A stretch of 64,000 bases of DNA from an uncultured delta proteobacterium. GTDB lineage: Bacteria; Desulfobacterota; Binatia; Binatales; Binataceae. The notes under the pieces were generated by a model. That model was not told the DNA's origin. It ran no database searches and saw only the letters and a program-made list of their open reading frames with translations. The stretch is taken from NCBI GenBank assembly GCA_963724395.1, contig CAVRUK010000006.1:2379125-2443124 (forward strand). Reading direction: 5' to 3'. Below, piece by piece: positions 19,885 to 29,754 of the stretch. The position numbers and the translations under genes were made by a program. Numbering within the stretch: the stretch's first letter is position 1; every line of letters begins with the position of its first letter.

Positions 19885-20391
19885 CTAATGGGACGGCGTA
19901 CTCGGTCCCGAGCTGCCACCGCCACCGCTGAAACAGCCCGCGGCCGCGCAAGCTCCCAGTCCTGCCCCCGTCGCGACGAACAGTGCGGCGGCACCGATGA
20001 CCGCGCCGCCTCCAAGCCACGCCGCGCCGCAAGCACCCGGCGGATTTTGAGACGAAGACGCGACTACAGTGGGTGATAGTGACCAGTCTTCTGTCAGACC
20101 TTCCGCCGGGATCGAGCTGTTGGTCGCCCCTGGCTGGAAACCTCCGGGCGGATTCACCGAGGTCTTGTAAGTGCCTGGGTCGATTCCTGTGATGCAATAT
20201 CTACCGGCATCGTTGGTCGTCCCTTGCCCAACTACCTTTCCGCTCGCGTCTGTGACGGTAACTTGTGCTCCGCCTACTGGACCGCCGGGTCCGCCCACTT
20301 GACCGGTGAGGTCAGAACAGAAAGCAACCGGCGTAAAAGAAAGGCACAGAGAAACCAGCGAACAAACCGCCACATATGATCTATTTTTCAA
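19885..20391 (-). CDS. secreted carboxypeptidase-regulatory-domain-like protein with Gly/Ala-rich C-terminal module
   Basis: Signal peptide; 'VTVTDASGKVVGQGTTNDAGRYCITGIDPGTY' CarboxypepD_reg-like; C-terminus 'CGAAWLGGGAVIGAAALFVATGAGLGACAAAGCFSGGGGSSGPSTPSH', similar to the tail of 17578..18348. Confidence 0.55.
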   Translation of the reverse strand: MKNRSYVAVCSLVSLCLSFTPVAFCSDLTGQVGGPGGPVGGAQVTVTDASGKVVGQGTTNDAGRYCITGIDPGTYKTSVNPPGGFQPGATNSSIPAEGLTEDWSLSPTVVASSSQNPPGACGAAWLGGGAVIGAAALFVATGAGLGACAAAGCFSGGGGSSGPSTPSH

Positions 20392-20691
20392 GTCGGGGAC
20401 CCTCCCGTGAACTGCTACTTCCGTTTTAACTGTCGAATTCCAACTGCCCTACAAATCGAACCGACTTCCCCGCTTGCGTCGAACCCTTCAGGTTTACGGT
20501 GTTTCCGGCGGCACCGGAAACATATACCGGTGTCGCAACTGTTTCTCCCTGCGTCGCCAACGTCTTCATTTAATGATTCAGAATTGGTACTCGCCGCTTA
20601 TCGCCAGTGGCGGCCCGGACTTCGTTTGTTGTCAGTATGCTACCAGAAAACGTCTCATAAGGTAACAATTCACCACGTTAGCTGTCAAGCC

Positions 20692-20721
20692 GCGTCAGTT
20701 TCGGCTGATGCCGCTTTTTTT
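20692..20721 (+). terminator. candidate intrinsic terminator on + strand with no annotated upstream + gene
   Basis: 'gcgtcag-tttcgg-ctgatgc' 7 bp stem (one G.U) followed by cgcTTTTTTT. Confidence 0.4.
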
Positions 20722-20755
20722 ATCATTAAATCAAGGTAATGGAAAACAGTCAGAA

Positions 20756-22009
20756 TCAGGCGGCGAGGCGTCGGCGATCCGCAAGCTCCCGATAATAGGC
20801 GCTATATTGCCGCGCGACTGTGGCAACCGAATAGGCTTGCACGCGCTCGAATCCACGCCGCGCCATCTCGGCGCGCAACTCCGCGCTGCCAATCGCTTCG
20901 CGTATCGCTTCGGCCCAAATCCGGGCGTCATTCTCGGGCAGGACCTTGCCGGCATCTCCGATGACGTAGGGTATTTCTCCAGAGTCGCTGCCAAGCACCG
21001 GTACGCCGCACGCAAAAGCCTCTATCGTCATGCGTCCGAACTGTTCTCGCCATCGCTGCCCAGTCTGACTGGGGGCGAGAAGAAGATCGGCGGCGCCGAG
21101 ATAGGCCGGTACGTCGCGATGCGGCACCAGGCGGATCTGCACACGATTGCTCCAATCGCGAGCTGCGGCCCAATTGCGAAGATTGGCTTCCATCGGACCA
21201 GCACCCAATACCAGCAAGCTCCATGGAGTTGAGCTGCCGACTAACTCCATCGCGCCCATTATTAGATCGATTCCCTTCTCATGGGTCAGTCTGCCGACAT
21301 AGGCGACAATTGGGGGAAGCAAACCGAGATCGCGCGCGACCGCCTGCTTGCGATCCGGCGTGAAGGGCCTGAAGGCGTCGAGATCTACGGCGAAGGCTAT
21401 GATTTGGCCCCGCTCTTTCGGATAACCACGCTTGGTCATCGTTTCGAATACCAGATTGCCGCCGGTAATCCACCCTTGTGCGCGTTCGCGAACGGAGCGT
21501 TCGAAGTAAGAAAACGGATACGGGTACCGCTTCTCTATATTTTGATTGGTGCGAAAGCAGAACGTTGCGTTCGACTTCTCTATCGCCCTCGCGATTTGAT
21601 AGCCCGCGTAGGTGTACGGCTCCTCCCAGCCGTCAACGACGTCAAAGGCGCCGTTTTCGATTAGCGCCGCAAGACCGCGGCGATCATAGGCGAATATTTG
21701 CGGCCAATTCGTAAACCGCGCCGCGAGAGCTCGCAGCTCGAGGTTGGATTCCGGCGGTTCCGGTTGCAATTCGATCAGGCCGAGTCCGCTGCGGAAGGCG
21801 ATTGGCGCGGCCACGGTCACATCAAGCTGAGGGTCGCGCGCGACCTCTCGACTCACCGCACGGTTTTCCGCGACCACGCAGGAGTGGCCAATCGTGAGGA
21901 CGCGAATGCGATGATTCAACGGTTTTCCACCATTGGCGTCGAAAGGGCCGCGAGGCATTCGTTCAAATCCGCGCGTTCCGCGGGTGTCGCGATCACATAG
22001 GAGTCCCAA
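20756..22009 (-). CDS. glycosyltransferase family 4
   Basis: GT4 C-terminal motifs ('EAFACGVPVLGSDSGEIPYVI'). N-terminus may start later, near MPRGPF. Confidence 0.8.
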   Translation of the reverse strand: MGLLCDRDTRGTRGFERMPRGPFDANGGKPLNHRIRVLTIGHSCVVAENRAVSREVARDPQLDVTVAAPIAFRSGLGLIELQPEPPESNLELRALAARFTNWPQIFAYDRRGLAALIENGAFDVVDGWEEPYTYAGYQIARAIEKSNATFCFRTNQNIEKRYPYPFSYFERSVRERAQGWITGGNLVFETMTKRGYPKERGQIIAFAVDLDAFRPFTPDRKQAVARDLGLLPPIVAYVGRLTHEKGIDLIMGAMELVGSSTPWSLLVLGAGPMEANLRNWAAARDWSNRVQIRLVPHRDVPAYLGAADLLLAPSQTGQRWREQFGRMTIEAFACGVPVLGSDSGEIPYVIGDAGKVLPENDARIWAEAIREAIGSAELRAEMARRGFERVQAYSVATVARQYSAYYRELADRRRLAA

Positions 22010-22797
22010 GGCACTTCGAAAATCGTTCCGCCACTGCCCAGTACGTTTGCGCGATAACCAATCGCTTCGAGCGCCGATGCGATTTCCACGTTGGTGCCGT
22101 GCAGCTCGATAAACAGCAGTGGCCTGTGGCGCATCAGGGTTTCATGCCCTCCAGCCAGCACGTCGGCCTCCGCGCCTTCGACATCTATTTTCATCACGTC
22201 GGGAGCAGGCAGGTGCGCTTCACTCATGAGCGTGTCCAGGCGCCGAATCTGTACCGTCTCGGTGCCGGCAGGTTTGGTGGGAACCCGGCCGACCGTCGCA
22301 AGCATGCCGTGGGTTGAGATTTCGGACCGCAGAAAACTGGCTTCGCCGTCGTGATTGCCGAGCGCGACCCGGATCACGCGAATCGAATCGAAATGGTTCA
22401 GCCTGGCGTTGACTTCGATTTGATCGGCGTTTCCAGCCATTGGCTCAAAACTGATCACATGACCTCGCGACGGATCGATCAACCGGCATGCCACCGTGGA
22501 GTGGAAACCGACATTGGCGCCCACGTCGAAGAAGGTCATGCCGGGCTTGAGCAACGCGAGCATCGCGCGCTGCACTCCCGGTTCGGACGTGCCCAGCAGA
22601 TAGCCCGCGTTGGAGCGGCCGGGATTGAAGAGCAGTCCCTTGCCGACTCCCTTGCGAATTTTTCCCTCCTGCCCCTGGATGCGTTTGGTGGACCATTCAA
22701 ACACCCGTCGAACCGCCGGATGCTTCCACGAAGCGTTCGACACCGCCCCGATCCATGAGCGCGGCAACATTCCGACCATCGAAGTGAAAACGCTCAT
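21916..22797 (-). CDS. FkbM-family SAM-dependent methyltransferase
   Basis: 'FFDVGANVGFHS...IRVALGNHDGEASF...MKIDVEGAE' FkbM signature. Confidence 0.8.
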   Translation of the reverse strand: MSVFTSMVGMLPRSWIGAVSNASWKHPAVRRVFEWSTKRIQGQEGKIRKGVGKGLLFNPGRSNAGYLLGTSEPGVQRAMLALLKPGMTFFDVGANVGFHSTVACRLIDPSRGHVISFEPMAGNADQIEVNARLNHFDSIRVIRVALGNHDGEASFLRSEISTHGMLATVGRVPTKPAGTETVQIRRLDTLMSEAHLPAPDVMKIDVEGAEADVLAGGHETLMRHRPLLFIELHGTNVEIASALEAIGYRANVLGSGGTIFEVPWDSYVIATPAERADLNECLAALSTPMVENR

Positions 22798-22809
22798 AAC
22801 TCTAGGTAT

Positions 22810-23949
22810 TCAACTGCGCGACGATGTGTCGTCCAGCACGCACTTGATTCTGGAACAGATGAACTCGACGTCCTGACGGGTGAGTTTCACGCCACACGGC
22901 AGACTGAGGCCGCGGCGCGACAGGTCTTCGGCGACTGGGAACCGGCCGCCTGAATCGTACTTCCGCGTCGGCGGCAGCGTATGCAACGGTTTGAAGAATG
23001 GACGAGAATCAATTCCGCTCGCGCGTAGCTCGGCCATCACTGTATCCGCCTCGAGACGATTGGGAAGAACCGCGCAAACCATCCAGAAGGAACTTTCGGC
23101 CCACGACATCGAAGGGTTGAGTTTCAAATCCTCACGATCGCCCAGAAATTCCCGATACCACTGCATGATCTGCCGCTTGCGCGCGATCAACTCAGGCGCG
23201 CGCCTGAGCTGCGCGAGTCCCAGCGCGGCTTGCAGATTTGTGATGCGGTAATTGTAGCCGATCTCGGAATGGTAGTAGCGCGTCTCGGGACGCATCGCGT
23301 GATCGTGCAGAAAGTTAGCGCGCGCGGCCAGCGCGGAATCGTTCGTCACCAGCATCCCGCCTTCGCCGCTCGTGATCAGCTTGTTGCCGTAGAAGGAAAA
23401 AATGCCGGCGTTACCCAGACCGCCGGTTATGCGACCCTTGTACAGCGCGCCGTGGGATTCGGCAGCGTCTTCGATCACAGTCAGCTTGTGACGCGCAGCC
23501 GAATCCAGGATCGGATCCATGTCGGCCGGATGACCATAGAGATGAACCGGAATGATCGCGCGCGTGCGCGGCGTGATGGCCCGCTCGACGGCGGCCGGAT
23601 CGAGGCACCAGGTATCCGGCTCCGAGTCCACGAACACGGGCACGGCGCCGGCATAGATGACCGCGCTCGCAGTCGCGATAAAGGTCAGGGTCGGCACGAT
23701 AACTTCGTCACCCGGCCCGATTCCAAGCGCGGCGATAGTGAGATGCAGCGCGACAGTACCGTTGGCGGTGCTGACGCCATGACGCGTATGGCAGAAATCG
23801 GCGAACCCCCGCTCGAACTCCTCGACGTAGCGTCCCAGGGAGGAAACCCATCCCGAGCGCACCGCGTCGGTCACATACTCGATCTCGAGTTCACCGATGT
23901 CCGGTTCGGCGATTGGATAAAATTTTCGCGCGTCCGTTTTCTCAGCCAA
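22810..23949 (-). CDS. DegT/DnrJ/EryC1/StrS-family PLP-dependent sugar aminotransferase
   Basis: Characteristic motifs ('GDEVIVPTLTFIATA', 'DAAESHGA', 'SFYGNKLITSGEGG'). Confidence 0.9.
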   Translation of the reverse strand: MAEKTDARKFYPIAEPDIGELEIEYVTDAVRSGWVSSLGRYVEEFERGFADFCHTRHGVSTANGTVALHLTIAALGIGPGDEVIVPTLTFIATASAVIYAGAVPVFVDSEPDTWCLDPAAVERAITPRTRAIIPVHLYGHPADMDPILDSAARHKLTVIEDAAESHGALYKGRITGGLGNAGIFSFYGNKLITSGEGGMLVTNDSALAARANFLHDHAMRPETRYYHSEIGYNYRITNLQAALGLAQLRRAPELIARKRQIMQWYREFLGDREDLKLNPSMSWAESSFWMVCAVLPNRLEADTVMAELRASGIDSRPFFKPLHTLPPTRKYDSGGRFPVAEDLSRRGLSLPCGVKLTRQDVEFICSRIKCVLDDTSSRS

Positions 23950-25112
23950 TCTTTTCGACCCCTGTCTGCTGACCTCGTTTCATCAAGTCGTCCAGCAGGC
24001 GCCCGGTCTTGTTGCGAAAGCCCTCATAACTGAATTCCGCCTCGATTCGGGCGTGCGCCGCAAGACCCATCCGTCGCCGATTTTCGTCATCGAGCAGGAT
24101 TGTCGCGATGGCATCGCGCATCGCGCCCTGATCGCGGGGCGAAATGATTCGGCCGTTTTCGCCGTCGATTACCGCTTCCTGCGAACCGTCTTCATTGCCG
24201 ACCACAATCGGTTTGCCGCAAGCCGCCGCCTCGAGCGGTGTCAGCGGCACGCCTTCGCCCTTGCCGTGCCCGCGTTCGCTCACGAGCGAAAACATGTCGC
24301 CGAGATTATACACGTCGGGAAGCGTTGCCTCCTGCACGGAGCCGATGAAAAAGGCCTTGCGCTCAAGCCCCATTTCCCGCGCGCGGCGCTGGAGCCTTTC
24401 GCGATCGCCGCCGTCGCCGGCGAAGATGCCGATCACGTTTGGATTTTCCTTGAACGTCGCGAGCGCATCGAGCAACCGGTCATATCCTTTGTATCTCGTC
24501 GCCTCTTCCATCCTCCCGAGCGTCAGCACATAGCGGAAGTCAGGACCGCGCGGGATTCCGAAGTGCTCCAGCAGGTCGGTGCGCCGCGGCTGCGGATGGA
24601 AGCGCGACAAATCGACGCAATCCCAAATCACCCGTACGCGCTCCGGTTTGATTCCGTAATCATCCACGACAAAGTCGCGCGAGAAGTGACAGTCCGAAAC
24701 CACCGCATCGGCTCCCGATAGCAACCGTCGATAAGCCCATTGCCATCGGCTCCACAATTCCCGCCCGTAGACATTGGCCACCAATCGCCCGCCAATCGCA
24801 GCCATTCGGGCAGCCCACGCCGCCGGCAGCAGACGCACATGACTCGACCATACGATCGCGGGACGCGTCGCGAAGGCACGATTCGCACCTTGAGCAAGAT
24901 ATGAGCCCTCGCTGCTCAAGCCGATCCCACGTCCATGGTAGTCGACTTGAAACGGCTCCTCGAAGTCGTTCGGTCGTGGCGGAATCAGGGACATGACATT
25001 GACGTTTTCGGCGCCAGCGAGTTCGCGCAGCGCGCGAATCTGGTAGCGGCAGTATCGCGAGATTCCGCCTTTGTCGAAAACTCCGATCCCGAGAAATAGA
25101 ATCCTCAAATAT
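23942..25112 (-). CDS. glycosyltransferase family 4
   Basis: GT4 motifs ('TPLEAAACGKPIVV'). Probable TTG start overlapping the stop of the upstream FkbM gene (ATATTTGA); the ORF-track N-terminal extension to 25357 is unlikely. Confidence 0.75.
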
Positions 25113-25941
25113 TTTTCCCGACGAGCTGTGCTTCCGGCAAAGTCATGATGCAATTCTGCAGCCGGACGGGATCTCGCACCGTGGGCCGCCGCCGGACGTA
25201 ACCCGACGATTCGAGCAGTGTCACCGGATCGCCTCCCGAAACGCCGCGCCATCCCGGGTTGTCTTCGATGATCAAAAAGCGCGGGTACAACTCGTGCGCA
25301 ACATTCGCCAAGTACCGCTTGAGCACCCGGTATTCGGCGCCGCAGATGCCGATCCATGCGCCGTCAACTTTCCGAATCTGCTGATCGTGAACGACCGCTT
25401 CCAAAGGACGGCCATTGATGCTCACGCCGTCGCTCGAATCCGATAACAGCGAGCTGGTCGCCCTGGTGCCTCGTGGAGGAAGTCCTAGATGCATCGCGCC
25501 TTCATGATCCGACACGCCCAGGTTGAGCGCGGTCACGTTGCGGGCGTCGTTGAGTCGCAAGTTGTATTCGAGCCACTCGAAGCTGACAGGATTCGCTTCG
25601 ATCGCTAAGACCGATCCGCGGGCACGCACGATCCTCGACGCGATCAGAGATGAAAACCCGACGTGCGCGCCGATATCCAGGAATACATTGCCTGGGCGAA
25701 GGTTGCGAACCATGAAGCCAACGTCGGCGGAGTCCCAAAGTTGCGGTGCGAACAGCAGGCCCCCCTCCACCCAATCTTCGGGGTCCAGGCACATCTTGAA
25801 ATCGCGAACCCAAACCGTCGCCCTGGAGCGGGCCTTGCGCAAATAAATGCGCTGTGCGAGGCGCGCGAAGCGAATCGTGCCTTTTACCGTAGGCAGCCTT
25901 CGGGTTAACAGCAGCCAGCTGCGCAATTCGCGATCGAGCAT
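25105..25941 (-). CDS. FkbM-family SAM-dependent methyltransferase
   Basis: 'FLDIGAHVGFSS...NLGVSDHEGAMHL' FkbM signature. Start chosen at MLDRELRS to avoid running into the upstream GT4. Confidence 0.7.
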   Translation of the reverse strand: MLDRELRSWLLLTRRLPTVKGTIRFARLAQRIYLRKARSRATVWVRDFKMCLDPEDWVEGGLLFAPQLWDSADVGFMVRNLRPGNVFLDIGAHVGFSSLIASRIVRARGSVLAIEANPVSFEWLEYNLRLNDARNVTALNLGVSDHEGAMHLGLPPRGTRATSSLLSDSSDGVSINGRPLEAVVHDQQIRKVDGAWIGICGAEYRVLKRYLANVAHELYPRFLIIEDNPGWRGVSGGDPVTLLESSGYVRRRPTVRDPVRLQNCIMTLPEAQLVGKNI

Positions 25942-25960
25942 CGGCGGTCGTCCTGCAGCG

Positions 25961-27106
25961 CTACTGCGCTCCGTTGACCGATGCGCGCAGAGCCGCAACC
26001 GTGTGCCTGATGTCGAAGCGGCGATCGTAAAGTTCGCGCGCTGCCATTGCCAGCCGCCGCCGTTCATCCCCGTCGTTAGTCAATTGCCGCACCAACCCTG
26101 CCACCGCCGGCAAATCGTTCACCGGCGCAATCGCCACCGCGCGCGACTCCTGCCACAGCGGTTCGGTCAGCGGACCTGAGGTGGTCACCACGGGACATCC
26201 ATGTTCCAGCGTCGCCATGCAACTGCCGCGCCGTGTAGTAACGCCGTCGGGATAGTACTGGATCATCAGGTCGCAGGCGGCGATCGAGCGCGACAAATCC
26301 GCAGGCGCGAGCGCACCGGTAGCGTGCACTCGATTCGCGAACGAACGATGCCGATCGATCATTCGGTCACGAAACTCCACTCCGCCGTTTCCGATCAGGA
26401 GCACGGAGAGAGCCGCGTCCTGCGCCAAACCAGCCGCAAGCAACGCCGTAGTCCCAGCCGCGTAAACCGATCCGTAAGCGCCGAAGTGTCCCGCAATCTT
26501 GCCGCCATTCGGCGCGAAGCGCCGACGTATCGCATTAGCACCAGCTTCGTCTTCGACCAATGGAACATTGCTGAATATTGGAAGCCATTGAATAGTCCGT
26601 CGCATCCCGGTCATCGACCGCAACAACGGTTCCCACGCCGGCGTCGTCACGAAGAGGCGCTGCGCCGAGCGCGCCAGTATCAGCGCCATCGTACGCGTGA
26701 CCACGCCGAGAAAATTGTGCCGCATCGATTGGCTGCGGGCGATCGGGAACGCGACTTCATGGAACATCACACCGAGCCGCTCGCGTTGCCGCGACGCGAG
26801 CCAGACGCACAGCGGCAGGTTCATCGCCTTCCATCCGAAAGCGTGCGGCACATATTGGAGGAGGACTTGGGACTTCGACCTTCGATCGATTCCACGCTCC
26901 ATCGCCGCGATCGATCGCGGGCCGAAATCATCGGGCAAGCGATGGACCCGAATGGGCCCATTCTCTATTGCTGGATTGGAATTCCCCGGCGTCCAGACAT
27001 GAACCTCATCACCACATCGGGACAGGGCTTCGCCGACCAGATGCGTGTAGTCGCCGACGCCGCCGATGTCGGGAGGATACTCACCGGTTATGAGATGCCA
27101 TATCAA
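25961..27106 (-). CDS. glycosyltransferase family 4
   Basis: GT-B fold, 'GEYPPDIGGVGDYT' N-terminus typical of GT4. Confidence 0.8.
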   Translation of the reverse strand: MIWHLITGEYPPDIGGVGDYTHLVGEALSRCGDEVHVWTPGNSNPAIENGPIRVHRLPDDFGPRSIAAMERGIDRRSKSQVLLQYVPHAFGWKAMNLPLCVWLASRQRERLGVMFHEVAFPIARSQSMRHNFLGVVTRTMALILARSAQRLFVTTPAWEPLLRSMTGMRRTIQWLPIFSNVPLVEDEAGANAIRRRFAPNGGKIAGHFGAYGSVYAAGTTALLAAGLAQDAALSVLLIGNGGVEFRDRMIDRHRSFANRVHATGALAPADLSRSIAACDLMIQYYPDGVTTRRGSCMATLEHGCPVVTTSGPLTEPLWQESRAVAIAPVNDLPAVAGLVRQLTNDGDERRRLAMAARELYDRRFDIRHTVAALRASVNGAQ

Positions 27107-27145
27107 AACGTATCCTTCCTTTGATTCGAGGCCTTTTTTCTTTTT

Positions 27146-28405
27146 TCAACATGCCGAGCGTTCCGCAAGAAAACCGTTTGCAGAGTCATGATGCGAGCCA
27201 GCTGCCGCCTCCGAAAGAATCGGAAGCAGGAGGCGCATATGCCGCTCGAGGGTGAATCGACGGGCGACTTCGACCGCGCCTTCGCACAGGCGCGCATGGT
27301 GCATTGGATCGGCGAGGCACTTTACGATGGCGTCGGCAAGACCGGCGGCGGTCGGCGGGTCGCCCGGCGCGAGATGACCGTTGACGGCGTCAAGCAGCCA
27401 CTCGGGGTTGCCGCCGACGGCGAACGCCGCCTGCGGTACCCCATAAAGACCAGCCTCGCGACCTACCAGCGCTGAAGGCTCGGGCCAGAGGCTTGGTACC
27501 ACTAACAGATCGGACGCCCGGTATAGCCGTTCGAGCGCCTCGCCGCTGAGCCAGCCCACAAATTCGAAATGGATGTTTGGGTTTGCCGCATGGATGGAAT
27601 CCGCTTTACGCTGCCATATTGAGCTGTCCGCTCCGTCGCCCGCCAGCGCCAGGTGCAGCGTGCGTCCGAGCATGCGTGCCGCACGCGCCACCGCCTCGAG
27701 TAACCGCATCCCACCCTTGAGCTTCACCATCCTTCCGACGAAGAGCAGCCGGTGCGGTTGCTCGTCAGCAGGTTGAAGATTTGATGCGGCAAGGGGGAAT
27801 TCGTTTCGTCCAACGGGAACCACACGAACCTCTTCGGGCTTGAATGCGTGTCGCAGATACTCGGCACGGATGTATTCGGAAGGCGCCAGGATAGCCGAAT
27901 ACTTCCGAAGGAGCGTCGAGCGCTCCGATTGGGCGCAGTACTGGCGCCACATGGTGAGCGGATTGAGGCCGCCGCATCGATGCGGATAATAGTGAACAAG
28001 ACATCCCGCCCCGAAGCGCCGCGTACATGGACGCACCACCGGAAACTTGAAGCTCTTCGCACCGCTGATGCAGGTGCCGTAGTAGCCGTGCGCGTAGAAT
28101 ACGGCGGGCGCCACTTGCAGCAGGCCACGCATCAGTTCGAGCCCGAGATGCCCGTGGGCGTAAACGACATCCGGCTTCCATGCGCGAAGTTTTTCCAACG
28201 CTCGTTCGATTCCGGATTCCTGAACGCTCCAAGCCGCTACACTCCCGGCCAGTTTGATCGGTGTCGCCCCCTGATGCAGGCCCGATTCAGTCAGGAACGC
28301 CACGTCGCATCGATTTTCCGCCAAGGCGGGAACCAACATTTCGAGATAGGACTCGATCCCACCCACGCGGTCACGATTCTGATTGACGATTACGATGCGC
28401 ATCAT
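27146..28405 (-). CDS. glycosyltransferase family 4
   Basis: GT4 pattern ('RIVIVNQNRDRVGGIESY', 'LLFVGRMVKLKGG'). Confidence 0.8.
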   Translation of the reverse strand: MMRIVIVNQNRDRVGGIESYLEMLVPALAENRCDVAFLTESGLHQGATPIKLAGSVAAWSVQESGIERALEKLRAWKPDVVYAHGHLGLELMRGLLQVAPAVFYAHGYYGTCISGAKSFKFPVVRPCTRRFGAGCLVHYYPHRCGGLNPLTMWRQYCAQSERSTLLRKYSAILAPSEYIRAEYLRHAFKPEEVRVVPVGRNEFPLAASNLQPADEQPHRLLFVGRMVKLKGGMRLLEAVARAARMLGRTLHLALAGDGADSSIWQRKADSIHAANPNIHFEFVGWLSGEALERLYRASDLLVVPSLWPEPSALVGREAGLYGVPQAAFAVGGNPEWLLDAVNGHLAPGDPPTAAGLADAIVKCLADPMHHARLCEGAVEVARRFTLERHMRLLLPILSEAAAGSHHDSANGFLAERSAC

Positions 28406-28442
28406 TCGGCCGTGCGCCGATTACGAAATGTCACGTTCCGAT

Positions 28443-29609
28443 TCATGTCGAGAGGACGTCGCCGTAAACCTTTTCAAGCCGATCGATCACACACTCCCAA
28501 TCGTAGTGCTCGAGCGCGAAGCGGCGATTGTGCCGCCCCATCGACTCCGCCAAACCCGGATCGCAGAGGATCTCGATGAGACCCGAGGCCAGGGCATCGG
28601 CATCGCCGACAGGCACCTTGCGTCCGCCGCGCGGCGCGTCCACGACGTAGGCCAGGCCGCCAGCGTCGGTCGCAACCACCGGCTTGCCACACGCCATCGC
28701 CTCGAGCGCGGTTAAGCCGAACGGCTCGCCATGCGAAGGAAGGCAATAGACCGTGCACGAGCGCATAACCTCTGCCACGCGATCGCGTGAAACCGGACCG
28801 ATCATCCGGATTCGCGCTCGCGAAGGCATCGCCGCGATTTTGTGCCGCACACCGCCGGCCTCCGGTCCGTCGCCTGCGATGTCGAGCCGGCATTGCGGAA
28901 TCGCAGCGGCTACCGTCTCGAAAGCCTCCAGAAGCGTATAGATCCCTTTGCTAGCGTACAGGTTCGCCAGGAACAGGACTGACGGACCATCCGACAGTGC
29001 TCCCTCAGGTGCTGGTGCAAAGCGCTGGGTATCCACGCCGTAGGGGACGACGAACATGCGCGGGCCGCAGCGTTCGGGCTCGCGCAAGGCCGAAGCTGCG
29101 GCCTGCGTGCTCAGGATAAGCGCCGCTGCCGCGCGCTCCTGCGCCAGGTTCGCGCGCTCAACGATGCGGTCGAAGGCCCATCGCCATCCGCTACGCATGC
29201 TACCACCGGGAGCCGAGTCGGATCCGGGCCACGCCGGTACGAACGGGCCGAGTACCAGCGGCACTCCTGTGCGAAGCAATCCCGCACTCAGGCCCGGATA
29301 AACGGGATTGAGTTGTTGGATCAAATCGAACGGTGCGCCGCGCGCGAGCCGCTTGAAGATTGCGCGAATCTTCATCATCGCTTCAAGTGGCCGCATCGCA
29401 GCCAAAGGTGCGCGCAAACGATATGGATGGATTGCCAAGCCGGGCGGAAGATCTCGGCGGACATCGAAGGCAGCCGCGGCGACATGAACCTTGTGACCGC
29501 GCCGGGCGAGACGGCTTACAAATTCCCAGGCCGCAAGCCCATCGCCATTGGGATGGTGGTCCGTCAGGAAGGGCGAGGGGTGTGAGATGAAGACTTTCAG
29601 CGCGGGCAA
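28443..29609 (-). CDS. glycosyltransferase family 4 (paralog of 37671..38927)
   Basis: GT4 motifs. 'HQLNPV' and 'LEAMACGKPVVATDAGGLAYVVDAPRGGRKVPVGDADALA' are shared with the 37671 gene. The ORF-track N-terminal extension is Arg-rich and probably untranslated; a TTG start is proposed. Confidence 0.7.
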   Translation of the reverse strand: MPALKVFISHPSPFLTDHHPNGDGLAAWEFVSRLARRGHKVHVAAAAFDVRRDLPPGLAIHPYRLRAPLAAMRPLEAMMKIRAIFKRLARGAPFDLIQQLNPVYPGLSAGLLRTGVPLVLGPFVPAWPGSDSAPGGSMRSGWRWAFDRIVERANLAQERAAAALILSTQAAASALREPERCGPRMFVVPYGVDTQRFAPAPEGALSDGPSVLFLANLYASKGIYTLLEAFETVAAAIPQCRLDIAGDGPEAGGVRHKIAAMPSRARIRMIGPVSRDRVAEVMRSCTVYCLPSHGEPFGLTALEAMACGKPVVATDAGGLAYVVDAPRGGRKVPVGDADALASGLIEILCDPGLAESMGRHNRRFALEHYDWECVIDRLEKVYGDVLST

Positions 29610-29754
29610 GCGAGCCTCGTTTCTTCGTCTGCGAGCGGCGCTTTGCCGCTGACAGATCGGTTCTGGACGCTCGAATCGGACTGCCGCTGCAGCACAACGG
29701 TCAGGCCGCACCACATCGCAGGGTCGCGTAGCAGGCGCGCGCTGATCCAGATTC

